Origin: Gemmatimonadota bacterium
Lineage (GTDB): Bacteria; Gemmatimonadota; Gemmatimonadetes; Gemmatimonadales; GWC2-71-9
DNA: 64,000 nucleotides
Assembly (NCBI GenBank): GCA_039586815.1
Contig: JBDHJR010000004.1
Coordinates: 95,212 to 159,211, forward strand
Direction of reading: 5' to 3'
Below, piece after piece: positions 36,466 through 45,841 of this stretch; position 1 is the first letter of the stretch; each line of letters opens with the position of its first letter. The notes beneath the pieces are model-generated. The model had not been told where the DNA came from, searched no databases, and worked only from the letters and a program-made list of their open reading frames with translations. The translations under genes and the position numbers were made by a program.

Positions 36466-37556
36466 TGCGCATCCTCATTGCCGGCGGAGGCACCGGCGGG
36501 CACCTCATGCCCGCTCTCGCGCTGGCCGAGGCGCTGGCGCGCGAGCGAGACGACGTAGAGCCGGTGCTGGTCGGTGCCGCGCGCGGTGTGGAAGCGTCGC
36601 TGCTTCCCTCGCGGCCGTTTCGCTACTACCTGCTGCCGGCCGAGCCGATCTACCGGCGCGCCTGGTGGCGCAATCTGCGTTTGCCCGTGGTTCTCACGCG
36701 GGTACTGCGCGAGGGAGCGCGCGTGCTGGATGCCGAGCGACCGGTGCTAGCGGTGGGTACGGGTGGCTACGCGTCGGGCCCGATAATGCTGCAGGCGCGG
36801 CGCCGCGGCATCCCGCTCGCGTTGCAGGAGCAAAACGCATTCCCGGGCATCGCCACGCGGTGGCTCGCGCCGCGCGCGCGGCAGATTCACTTGGGATTCC
36901 CCGAAGCGGCGCGACATCTGAAGCCGGGCGCGGGAACCGCACTGCACGAGTTCGGCAACCCGATCGCCCCCCCGCCTGAGCCGCGTCCTGGACGGGAGGC
37001 CGCCCGGGCGGAGCTCGGCATGGACGCAGAGGCCCCGGCCGTGCTGGTGATGGGGGGAAGCCAGGGGGCGCGGAGCATCAACGCGGCGGTGGCCCGGGCG
37101 CTCGACGACGGGCTGCTCGACGGTGTGACGCTGCTGTGGAGTACCGGACCCGGCATGTTCGAGGCGTACCGGCAATACCACCGCCCCCCTGACCGTTTGG
37201 TCAAGCCGTTCTGGGATCCGATAGCGCAAGCCTATGCGGCGGTTGACCTTGCGGTTGCTCGAGCCGGCGCGATGACTACCGCCGAGCTGTGTGCCTGGGG
37301 TCTTCCGTCCGTCCTGGTGCCGCTGCCGTCGGCTGCGGCGGGGCACCAGGCGCGCAACGCCGAGGCCCTGGCCCGGGCCGGGGCGGCCCTGCACCTCAAG
37401 GATGCCCCGATAGAGGCCTCCACGCTCGCCCAGGAGGCCCTCCGGCTGCTGGAGGAGCCCTCCCGGCTGGCTGCCATGGGGGCCGCCGCAGCGGCCCGGG
37501 GGCACCCGAACGCAGCCCAAAGGATAGCCCGCGAGCTACTCGCCATAGTGAGCTAA
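36462..37556 (+). CDS. murG: undecaprenyldiphospho-muramoylpentapeptide beta-N-acetylglucosaminyltransferase
   Basis: IAGGGTGGHLMPALALAE, GGSQGARSIN, RAGAMTTAEL, and PSAAAGHQARNAE, which is the usual H/Q-x-x-NA context. Confidence 0.9.
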   Translation: MMRILIAGGGTGGHLMPALALAEALARERDDVEPVLVGAARGVEASLLPSRPFRYYLLPAEPIYRRAWWRNLRLPVVLTRVLREGARVLDAERPVLAVGTGGYASGPIMLQARRRGIPLALQEQNAFPGIATRWLAPRARQIHLGFPEAARHLKPGAGTALHEFGNPIAPPPEPRPGREAARAELGMDAEAPAVLVMGGSQGARSINAAVARALDDGLLDGVTLLWSTGPGMFEAYRQYHRPPDRLVKPFWDPIAQAYAAVDLAVARAGAMTTAELCAWGLPSVLVPLPSAAAGHQARNAEALARAGAALHLKDAPIEASTLAQEALRLLEEPSRLAAMGAAAAARGHPNAAQRIARELLAIVS

Positions 37557-37607
37557 GTCCAAGGGCTTTCGTAACTTTCGCGATTCTCCTATATTAGCTG
37601 CCCAAAG

Positions 37608-38987
37608 ATGCATCTTTTCGCCCCGGACGATCCCCGGCCCATCCATTTCATGGGGATAGCGGGTGCAGGAATGAGTGCGCTGGCGCTCATCGCACTGCGC
37701 CGCGGGGTGCCAGTCACCGGATGTGATACCAGCCCGGCGGGCGCCGAAGAGCTGGCCCGCATGGGTGCCCGGATAACGGCGGGACACGACGCGAGCCACG
37801 TAACTGGTTCGCGTGCAGTGGTTTACACGGCAGCGATCGCGCCCGATCACGCCGAGCTCGAGGCGGCGCGGGCCGCAGGGATCGCGGTCGTGCCCCGGGC
37901 CGATGCCCTGGGCGAGGTCGTGGTGCCGGGCAAGCTGGTCGCGGTGGCCGGCACGCACGGCAAGACCACCACGACCGCCATGGTGGCAGACGCGCTGGCC
38001 GCGGCGGGCGCCGATCCGACCGCCCTGGTAGGTGGACGCGTTGCCGCGTGGGAAGGGAATGCGCGCCTCGGTGACGACGAGATTTTCGTGGTCGAGGCCG
38101 ACGAGTACGACAGGGCGCTGTTGAAGCTCGAGCCTACCGTGGCCCTGGTAGGCAACGTGGAAGCCGATCACATGGAATGCTACGGGTCGGTGGAGGAGCT
38201 GCACGCGGCGTTCGTGGAGTTTGCGGGGCGTGCCGAGCGGGCCGTGGTCGGGGTGGATGACGCAGGTGCGAGCCGCGTCGCACGCGCGTTGGAGGTACCC
38301 ACGTGGCGGGTCGGGCTTGCCGAGGGCGCCGACATCCGGCTGTCCGACGTGCGGCGCGAGCAGGACGTCAGCGTGGCGCGGCTGTCGCTGCCGGGGGGGC
38401 GCACGGTGGAGCTGCGGCTCGCGGTACCGGGGCTGCACAACCTGCGCAACGCGGCGATGGCGGTGGCGGCTGTGTTGGAGCTGGGCGCCGACCTGGACCG
38501 GGCGCTCGCCGGCCTGGCGGAGTTCCGCGGCGTGGGACGGCGGTTCGAGGTGCTGGGAGCGCGCGACGGAGTTACGGTGGTCGATGATTACGCGCACCAT
38601 CCCTCCGAGGTGGTCGCGACGCTGGCGGCGGCGCGGCAGCGCTACCCAGCGGCGCGGTTGGTGGTGGCTTTCCAGCCCCATCTCTACTCGCGCACGAAGG
38701 CGCTGGGCGAGGCGATGGGAATTGCGCTGGCGACCGCCGACCTGGCGGTGGTGACCGATGTATACGCCGCTCGCGAGCAGCCTCTGCGCGGCGTGACGGG
38801 CAAGATCGTGGTCAAGGCAGCCAAACGCGCGGGCGCGAAGGTCGAGTGGGTGCCCAAGGTGGAGCGGTTGGCCGCAAAGCTCGAGAAACTCGTGGGAGAA
38901 GGCGACGTGGTACTGACCCTCGGAGCCGGTGACATCACCGAAGTGGGACGCGACTTGCTCGAGCGCCTCGGCGGGAGTGCGGCGTGA
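37608..38987 (+). CDS. murC: UDP-N-acetylmuramate--L-alanine ligase
   Basis: HFMGIAGAGMSALA, VAGTHGKTTTTAM, DDYAHHPSE. Confidence 0.92.
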   Translation: MHLFAPDDPRPIHFMGIAGAGMSALALIALRRGVPVTGCDTSPAGAEELARMGARITAGHDASHVTGSRAVVYTAAIAPDHAELEAARAAGIAVVPRADALGEVVVPGKLVAVAGTHGKTTTTAMVADALAAAGADPTALVGGRVAAWEGNARLGDDEIFVVEADEYDRALLKLEPTVALVGNVEADHMECYGSVEELHAAFVEFAGRAERAVVGVDDAGASRVARALEVPTWRVGLAEGADIRLSDVRREQDVSVARLSLPGGRTVELRLAVPGLHNLRNAAMAVAAVLELGADLDRALAGLAEFRGVGRRFEVLGARDGVTVVDDYAHHPSEVVATLAAARQRYPAARLVVAFQPHLYSRTKALGEAMGIALATADLAVVTDVYAAREQPLRGVTGKIVVKAAKRAGAKVEWVPKVERLAAKLEKLVGEGDVVLTLGAGDITEVGRDLLERLGGSAA

Positions 38988-39664
38988 AGCGGCGCCTGAT
39001 CCTGTTCGGCTTGCTCGTACTCGTGGTGATCGCCACGGCCGGGTTCGCGCCGCGGGCGCTGCGCCACGTGGAGTTCTTCCGCATGCGACAGGTCGAGCTG
39101 GTCGGGCTGCGCTACCTCGCACCGGACCAGGTGCTCGCGACCCTCGACATCGGACCGGTGCACCACCTGTTCGATCCCACCGATGAGATCGAGCAGCGGG
39201 CGGAGGCCATTCCTGGCGTAGTGGATGCAAAGGTGCAGCGCCGTCTCCCGGGTACGCTGCGCATCGTGTTCGCCGAGGAGGTACCCGTGGCGTTCGCGCC
39301 GGGTGCGGCGGGCCTGGTGCCGCTGGACGGAGAGTGTCGCCCCCTGCCGTACGATCCCGCAGTGACCGGTTTCGATCTACCGTTGGTGCCGGAGGTGGAC
39401 ACGGTGCTGGTGCGCGCCCTGGCGCTGGTGCGCACGGCCGACTCGTCGCTGTTCCAGGAGGTGGATGCGGCGCGACGCGGCGCCGGGGGTACGGTGGTGC
39501 TGGAGCTGGGTGGCCAGGCGGTGCTGCTGCGAGCGGCTCCGACGCTGGAGGAGATCTACGCGGTGGGGACGGTGCGTGAACAGCTGATGCGTTCCGGCCG
39601 CCCGTTCGGGGCGCTGGATGCCCGGTTCGCCGGATGGGTGGTCGTGCGGCGGGGTAGAGTGTGA
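38984..39664 (+). CDS. ftsQ: cell division protein FtsQ/DivIB
   Basis: N-terminal TM, POTRA-like (VELVGLRYLAPDQV...VVDAKVQRRLPGTLRIVFAE). Position between murC and ftsA. Confidence 0.8.
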   Translation: MKRRLILFGLLVLVVIATAGFAPRALRHVEFFRMRQVELVGLRYLAPDQVLATLDIGPVHHLFDPTDEIEQRAEAIPGVVDAKVQRRLPGTLRIVFAEEVPVAFAPGAAGLVPLDGECRPLPYDPAVTGFDLPLVPEVDTVLVRALALVRTADSSLFQEVDAARRGAGGTVVLELGGQAVLLRAAPTLEEIYAVGTVREQLMRSGRPFGALDARFAGWVVVRRGRV

Positions 39665-40893
39665 AGCGCGAAGCGTTGGTGAGCGGCCTCGATGTAGGGA
39701 GCACGAAGACTTGCGCGGTCATCGCGGAGGCGACGGGCGACGGACGGCTGCCCAAGGCGCGTGTCCTCGGTGTGGGGATGGCCAAATCCGGCGGCGTGAA
39801 ACGGGGCCAGGTGCGGGACATCGAGGAGACCATCGATTCGATCGTGCGGGCGCTGCGCGATGCCGAGCGCATGGCCGGCGTGAAGGTGCCGTCGGTGTTC
39901 GCCGGGGTCGCAGCCGAGAACATCTCCTGGCAGATGGAGACCGGTCTCGCATCGGTGACGGGCGAGGAGATCAGGCGACACGACACGGAGCGGGTGGACG
40001 AGGTGGCACGAGCCGTGAGTTTGGGGGACGGCTACGAACTGCTCCACTCGATCGCTCAGGAATACAAGGTCGACAACCAGGGCGGGATCAGCGATCCCGT
40101 GGGAATGACCGGCATGCGGCTCGAGGTCGAGATGTGCCTCATCGGCGTGCATGCCCAGGCGGCGCAGAACCTGCGGCGCTCGGTGAAGCGCGCGGGTTAC
40201 GGCGTAGCCGAGTTCGTGCTGGAGCCGCTGGCCGCGTCGCTGGCGGTCGTGACCCAGGACGAGAAGGAGCTGGGATGTGCCCTGGTGGACATCGGGGGCG
40301 ACTCGACGACCCTGTCCGTGTTCCACGACGGCAAGCCGCGCTACGTGGATTCGTTGCCGTTCGCCGCTGGACGGATCACGAGTGACCTGGTTCAGGGGCT
40401 GAGCGTGACCCAGGCCGACGCGGAGCGACTCAAGGAGCGGTGGGGCGTCGCCTACACCCCCATGGTCAATCCCGACGAGATGATCGAGCTTCCCGGCACG
40501 CCGGGTCAGGGTGTGCGCGGGGCAAAACGAGAGCTTGTTGCCCATATTATTCAGGAGCGCCTCGACGAGATCTTCGGCATCGTGCTCGACCGGCTGGAGA
40601 CCTCGGGGTTCGGCGGGAGGCTTCCCGCCGGTGTGATCCTCACGGGCGGCGGTGCGCAGCTCGCTGGGATCGTGGAGTTGGGGCGCGAGGTATTCGCGAT
40701 GCCGGTGCGACGGGGCTCTCCGGAGCGCGGCATCAGCGGGTTGGTGGACAGTGTGCAGGCGCCGCGCTACGCGGTGCCGGTGGGGCTGGCACTCTACGGT
40801 GTGCAGCGACGCGTTCAGGGTGACGCAGTCGGAGGCACCGGGGTCAGCCGCCTGTTCGGTCCGGTGAAGCGCTGGCTGCAGGAGTTCTTCTAA
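39661..40893 (+). CDS. ftsA: cell division protein FtsA
   Basis: Actin-fold motifs GLDVGSTKTCAVI, ALVDIGGDSTTLSVF, GVILTGGGAQLAGI. Confidence 0.92.
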   Translation: MKREALVSGLDVGSTKTCAVIAEATGDGRLPKARVLGVGMAKSGGVKRGQVRDIEETIDSIVRALRDAERMAGVKVPSVFAGVAAENISWQMETGLASVTGEEIRRHDTERVDEVARAVSLGDGYELLHSIAQEYKVDNQGGISDPVGMTGMRLEVEMCLIGVHAQAAQNLRRSVKRAGYGVAEFVLEPLAASLAVVTQDEKELGCALVDIGGDSTTLSVFHDGKPRYVDSLPFAAGRITSDLVQGLSVTQADAERLKERWGVAYTPMVNPDEMIELPGTPGQGVRGAKRELVAHIIQERLDEIFGIVLDRLETSGFGGRLPAGVILTGGGAQLAGIVELGREVFAMPVRRGSPERGISGLVDSVQAPRYAVPVGLALYGVQRRVQGDAVGGTGVSRLFGPVKRWLQEFF

Positions 40894-40913
40894 CCGCCGT
40901 GAACGAGGGGCCC

Positions 40914-42071
40914 ATGGTCTTCGAACTCGAGGAAAAAGTCTCCAAGAACGCCAGGATGCGGGTCTCAGGTGTCGGTGGCGGTGGAGGCAATGCCGTCAAC
41001 CGCATGATCGAGGAGCACCTCACGGGGGTGGAGTTCATCTCGGTCAACACCGACGCGCAGGCGCTGCTGCACAACAAGGCCGACGTGAAGGTGCAGATCG
41101 GCAAGAAGCTCACGCGTGGGCTCGGTGCGGGTGCGCGACCCGAGATCGGCCGCCAGGCCATCGAGGAGAACAAGGATGACGTGCTGCACGTGCTCGAGGG
41201 CGCGGACCTCGTGTTCGTCACCTGCGGCATGGGCGGCGGCACGGGCACCGGAGCGGCGCCGATCATCTCGCAGCTCGCGCGGGACGTAGGCGCGCTCACC
41301 GTCGGGATCGTGACCAAGCCGTTCCTGTTCGAGGGGCGCAAGCGGATGCGGCAGGCCGAGATCGGCATCGCGGAGATGCGCAAGCACGTCGACACGATGA
41401 TCGTGGTGCCGAACGAGCGGCTGTTGGCGGTGGTCGGCAAGAACGTGCCCTTCCAGGAGGCGCTCAAGAAGGCCGACGAGGTGCTGCTGCACGCGACGCA
41501 GGGCATCTCGACGCTCATCAGCGTCACCGGCTTGGTGAACGTCGACTTCGCCGACGTACGCACGGTCATGCAGAACGGTGGCTCCGCGCTCATGGGGATG
41601 GGAACCGGCCGCGACGAGGACCGGGCGATCGAGGCGTCGCAGCAGGCCATCACTAGCCCGCTGCTCGACAACGTTTCCATCGCAGGCTCCACGGGCGTGC
41701 TGGTGAACATCACGGGTGGCGAGGACATGAGCCTCGGCGAGGTGAGCCAGATCAGCGAGGTGATCCACGACGCCGCGGGCGATCAAGCCGAGATCATCTT
41801 CGGTGCGGTCAATGACCCTGCGATGGCCGGCGAGATCCGTGTCACGGTGATCGCCACCGGCTTCGACAAGCCGGCGACGCAGCAGGAGAGCCCCTTCGGG
41901 CGCAGCGGTACCGCTGGCGTGCTGCCCTTCCCGCAACAGCGCGGCGGGCGTGCGTCGAAGCCGGTCTCCAAGGACACCCCGGCGCCCGCGGCGAAGCCGG
42001 AGCCCGCCACGCCGGACGTGGACATCTCCGAGATGGAGATTCCCACCTTCATTCGGCGCCAGATGGACTGA
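40914..42071 (+). CDS. ftsZ: cell division GTPase FtsZ
   Basis: GVGGGGGNAVNRM, GMGGGTGTGAAP (tubulin signature), NVDFADV, C-terminal peptide EIPTFIRRQ. ATG 40914 after GAGGGG (track GTG 40899 also possible). Confidence 0.95.
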   Translation: MVFELEEKVSKNARMRVSGVGGGGGNAVNRMIEEHLTGVEFISVNTDAQALLHNKADVKVQIGKKLTRGLGAGARPEIGRQAIEENKDDVLHVLEGADLVFVTCGMGGGTGTGAAPIISQLARDVGALTVGIVTKPFLFEGRKRMRQAEIGIAEMRKHVDTMIVVPNERLLAVVGKNVPFQEALKKADEVLLHATQGISTLISVTGLVNVDFADVRTVMQNGGSALMGMGTGRDEDRAIEASQQAITSPLLDNVSIAGSTGVLVNITGGEDMSLGEVSQISEVIHDAAGDQAEIIFGAVNDPAMAGEIRVTVIATGFDKPATQQESPFGRSGTAGVLPFPQQRGGRASKPVSKDTPAPAAKPEPATPDVDISEMEIPTFIRRQMD

Positions 42072-42072
42072 C

Positions 42073-43341
42073 ATGCGCCACCGCGCGCTCCCGATAGCGA
42101 TCGCCGCGCTGGCGTTCGTCGTCGCCCTCGTGTGGACGGCGGGCGAGGCGTGGTCTGAGCGCCGCATTCCCGTGGCAAAGCCAATCGTGGTGAGCAAGGC
42201 GTTATACGAACGCGCCGACACGCTGCGTCGCAATGAGACGCTGTCCCACCTGTTCTCGCGGCACCGCATCGAGGGTACGGAGCTGATCTCCCTGCTCGAC
42301 GCGGCCGACGGCCTGAACCCGCGGCGCATGCCGGCCGGCCAGGTCTTCGAGTTTCGCTATGCCGTGGGTGAGGCGCGCCCCAACCGCGTCACCATTCGGT
42401 TGGGCGACGACCGCCTCCTCACGCTGCACGCCGATACGGGCCGGACGTGGCGCGGTGAGTCGGATGCGATCGTGTGGAGCGTGGAGTTGCGGCGCGTCGA
42501 GGGCGTGATTCGCTCGTCGCTGTACGATGCGCTCAACGAGAACATCCCCGACTCGGTGCTGCCGCCGAGCCAGCGGCCCCTGCTGCTGTGGGATCTGGCC
42601 GACGGAGTGTTCGGGTGGATGATCGACTTCACGCGCGACAACTACGAGGGCGACGACTTCGTGGTGCTCTACGAGCGGCTCAAGTCGGGCCTGGGCGACG
42701 TGCGCTACGGGCGGGTCGTTGCCGCGCGGATCGAGTCGCGCGGGGAGCCGCACGACGCGTACGTGATGACCGATGACGAAGGACGCAACCACTACTACGA
42801 TGCCGAGGGGCGCTCTCTCAAGCGCGCCTTTAAGCTCTATCCGGTGCCGTCGTTCAAGTACATCTCGTCGGGATTTTCGGGCCGCCGGTTCCACCCAGTG
42901 CTCAAGACCCACAGGGCGCACCTGGGTGTGGATTACGCGGCGAGCACCGGCACGCCCATCGTCGCGACCGGAGACGGCACTGTGTCGCGCGCCGGCCGCT
43001 GGGGTGGGTACGGCATCATAGTGGCGGTACGGCACACCAAGGACATCGAGACCCGCTACGCCCACATGAGCCGCATTCGCGGCGGTATACGCCCGGGCGT
43101 GCGCGTGCAGCAGGGTCAGATCATCGGCTACGTCGGGATGACGGGGCTGGCCAACGCGCCGCACGTCCACTACGAGTTCCTCAAGAACGGCGCGCACCGC
43201 GATCCGCGTTCCGCAGGTGAGTTCGGGGAGGGAGAGCCGGTGCCGCGGGATCGTCGCGCCGAGTACGAGTCGCTGCGGTCGTACTACGAGCTGCTCCTGG
43301 TTCCCCGGTCCACCGAGAGCGTCGCCGCCGGCACCGACTGA
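42073..43341 (+). CDS. M23-family metallopeptidase
   Basis: HLGVDYAASTGTPIVATGDGTV...GMTGLANAPHVHYEF. N-terminal signal/anchor. ATG lies 1 nt after the ftsZ stop. Confidence 0.85.
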   Translation: MRHRALPIAIAALAFVVALVWTAGEAWSERRIPVAKPIVVSKALYERADTLRRNETLSHLFSRHRIEGTELISLLDAADGLNPRRMPAGQVFEFRYAVGEARPNRVTIRLGDDRLLTLHADTGRTWRGESDAIVWSVELRRVEGVIRSSLYDALNENIPDSVLPPSQRPLLLWDLADGVFGWMIDFTRDNYEGDDFVVLYERLKSGLGDVRYGRVVAARIESRGEPHDAYVMTDDEGRNHYYDAEGRSLKRAFKLYPVPSFKYISSGFSGRRFHPVLKTHRAHLGVDYAASTGTPIVATGDGTVSRAGRWGGYGIIVAVRHTKDIETRYAHMSRIRGGIRPGVRVQQGQIIGYVGMTGLANAPHVHYEFLKNGAHRDPRSAGEFGEGEPVPRDRRAEYESLRSYYELLLVPRSTESVAAGTD

Positions 43342-43364
43342 CGCAGACGCGGGTACCGTAACCC

Positions 43365-44033
43365 GTGGATATCTATCCGGCCATAGACATCGAGAACGGG
43401 CGTGTCGCACGGACCGCGGCAGGCGAACGTGACGATCCGCTCGCGTTGGCCGACGCGTACGTCGCCGAGGGCGCGCGCTGGGTGCACGTGGTGGACATGG
43501 ACCGCGCGCTCGACACCGGCGGCGAGAACGATCGGCTGGTGCGCCGGTTGTGCGGCCTGTCGGGCGTGGCAGTGCAGGTCGGCGGCAATATCACCGATTC
43601 CGCCTGGGCGAGCGACATGGTGGACGCGGGTGCCGCGCGGGTGGTGCTGGGATCGGCTGCGGCGGTCGAGCCGGGCCGCCTCGCTCAACTGGCCTCCGCC
43701 GTCGGCATCGACCGCGCGGCCGTGGCGCTGGACGTGCGCCGTGGGGCGCCGCTGCCGGTCACTCTGGAGCAGCTCTCGGCGCTGCTGCGTGACATCGGGG
43801 TGCGCACCGTGCTGTATCGCGACCTGGAGCGCGACGGCACCCTGGGCGGCGCCGAGCTCGAGGGAGCAGCGGCGCTGATGCGATACGGCTTCGAGGTGAT
43901 CGCCGCCGGCGGTGTGGCGTCGCTGCAGGAGCTGGAGTCAGCCGCCCGCCTCGGGCTCGCCGGTGTCATCGTGGGCCGCGCATTGCTGGAAGGGCGCTTC
44001 ACGCTGAGTGAGGCGATGGCATGCTCGGGCTGA
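43365..44033 (+). CDS. HisA/HisF-family (beta/alpha)8 isomerase-like protein, orphan
   Basis: MDIYPAIDIENGRV...VHVVDMDRAL...VQVGGNI...GVIVGRALLEG is the typical HisA pattern. GTG start. No other his genes nearby. Confidence 0.7.
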   Translation: MDIYPAIDIENGRVARTAAGERDDPLALADAYVAEGARWVHVVDMDRALDTGGENDRLVRRLCGLSGVAVQVGGNITDSAWASDMVDAGAARVVLGSAAAVEPGRLAQLASAVGIDRAAVALDVRRGAPLPVTLEQLSALLRDIGVRTVLYRDLERDGTLGGAELEGAAALMRYGFEVIAAGGVASLQELESAARLGLAGVIVGRALLEGRFTLSEAMACSG

Positions 44034-45841
44034 TCGTCGCCCTGGGAGCGGCGGCGCTGATCGCCGGCTTCACCTACCTCAGGCGCGAGCGGTTGGGCAT
44101 CGAGGGATTGGGGCTCGCGGCCCTGCGCACGGTGGCGCTCGCGAGCCTGCTGGTGCTGGTGCTCAATCCGGTGCGCGGCGCTCGAGTTGCTGGGGGAGAG
44201 CCCACCGTGCTGCTCGACGCGTCGCTCAGCATGACGGCCGCCGGTGGCCAGTGGTCGACAGCTCTGGACACGGCCCGTGGCCTGGCCGGTACGGCGGCGG
44301 CCGTGCTGCGGTTTGGATCGGGCGTGACCGCGTTCGATACCGTTCCACCTGCCGACGGACGCTCGCGTCTGGGACCGGCACTCGCGGCGGCCCAGGGCCG
44401 GGGCCGCCCCGTGGTGATCGTGACCGACGGCGAGCTGGACGACGCTGCGGCCATCCCTGCCGCGTTGCTGGGTGGCGCCAGGGTTGTTCTGCTGCAGCGC
44501 GACACCGCACCAGGCGCGGCGCTGATTGATGCGCACCTCCCCGCCGTGGCACAGCGTGGAGATTCGCTCGGCATATCGCTCACCATCGGCAAGTGGGGCG
44601 CCGAGTCCGGTCAGAGCGCCCGCCTCGAGGTGTTCGTGGGAGAGCGACGCCTGCTGCAGCGCGAGCTGGAGCTGCCGCCGGGCCCCGCCACCGCGCGCCG
44701 CAGCGTCGCGCTCCCCCCTCGCACGCTGGCGGTGGGAAGGCACGTGCTGCGCCTGCGCGTCACACTGCCCGGCGACGCCGAGCCGCGCGATGACGAGCGC
44801 TGGCGCGTCGTGCGGATAACGGATCGGCCCGCCGTGGTAGTGATCGTGGATCCGGCGGATTGGGAGGGGCGGTTCCTGGTGAGCACACTGCGGGCGGTGT
44901 CAGGCACTTCGGTCATAGGGTACGCGCGCACGGGTGACACGACGTGGATCGACATGCGCACGCTCGAGCGGGCTTCTCTTGGCGCCGTGCGGTCCGCCGC
45001 GCGTCGTGCGGGACTGCTGGTGCTGCGCGGCGGAAGCAGCAGCGCGATCGCGCCACAGCGGCGCGGACCGGTGTGGCGTTGGCCGGGTGGCAGCGACCGG
45101 AGTGCCGAGTTGTTCCCGGGCGACTGGTATCTGGGTGGTGCCGTGCCGGCATCGCCGCTGGCCGGCCGGCTCGCCGGGGTGGCGTGGGACGCACTGCCGC
45201 CGCTCACCGGTGTGGTGCCCCTCGCTCCCAGCAGGGGCGAGTGGGTGGCGTTGTCGGCGCGTCGTGGGCGGCGCGGCGCCGAGCGGGCAGTGCTGGTGGG
45301 CACCGATACCGCCGGGCAGCGGGAGCTCACCACCGCAGGGGCGGGAGTGTGGCGCTGGGCGTTCCGCGGCGGTGCGGCGGCCGAGGCGTACCGCGCGCTT
45401 GTGGCAGCGGGAGTCGATTGGCTGCTCGCCTCTGAAGCGCTGCCTGGGCAGGCGCCGCTCAGCGCCGCCGCCGTCACCCCGCGTGGAACGCCGGTAGTGT
45501 TCCGCCGGCACGGTGATTCAGGACCCGATTCGGTCATTGTTACGCTCGAGGGAGGAGGAGTTACCGAGACCGTGAGCCTGCAGTTCGACGCGGACGGCGT
45601 CGCGCTGGTGACGCTGGAGCCGGGCGTGTACCGCTGGTCGGCGCCGGGTGCCGGCGGCATGGCCGTGGTGGAGCCCTACTCGGAGGAGTTCGTGCCGCGG
45701 CCGGTGGCCAGCCTCAGCGTGGGTGCGGCGGGCTTCACCTGGCTCGAAACGTACGCGCGCGAGTGGTGGTGGCTCTTCCTGATCGCGGTAGCGGCGCTCG
45801 CCGCGGAGTGGGCCTGGCGGCAACGCCGGGGGTTGTCGTGA
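44021..45841 (+). CDS. membrane protein with N-terminal BatA-like TMs and degenerate VWA (DxSxS) domain
   Basis: Two N-terminal TMs, LLDASLSM MIDAS-like motif, VVIVTDGELDD, C-terminal TM WWWLFLIAVAALAAEWAW. No firm family call. Confidence 0.6.
   Translation: MLGLIVALGAAALIAGFTYLRRERLGIEGLGLAALRTVALASLLVLVLNPVRGARVAGGEPTVLLDASLSMTAAGGQWSTALDTARGLAGTAAAVLRFGSGVTAFDTVPPADGRSRLGPALAAAQGRGRPVVIVTDGELDDAAAIPAALLGGARVVLLQRDTAPGAALIDAHLPAVAQRGDSLGISLTIGKWGAESGQSARLEVFVGERRLLQRELELPPGPATARRSVALPPRTLAVGRHVLRLRVTLPGDAEPRDDERWRVVRITDRPAVVVIVDPADWEGRFLVSTLRAVSGTSVIGYARTGDTTWIDMRTLERASLGAVRSAARRAGLLVLRGGSSSAIAPQRRGPVWRWPGGSDRSAELFPGDWYLGGAVPASPLAGRLAGVAWDALPPLTGVVPLAPSRGEWVALSARRGRRGAERAVLVGTDTAGQRELTTAGAGVWRWAFRGGAAAEAYRALVAAGVDWLLASEALPGQAPLSAAAVTPRGTPVVFRRHGDSGPDSVIVTLEGGGVTETVSLQFDADGVALVTLEPGVYRWSAPGAGGMAVVEPYSEEFVPRPVASLSVGAAGFTWLETYAREWWWLFLIAVAALAAEWAWRQRRGLS

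Noticed and set aside
37536-39986. 816-aa minus-strand ORF antisense to murC, ftsQ and ftsA.
   Set aside because: Same reasoning: the opposite strand carries unmistakable Mur ligase, FtsQ and FtsA motifs. The translation is Pro/Arg/Ala-rich with long low-complexity runs.
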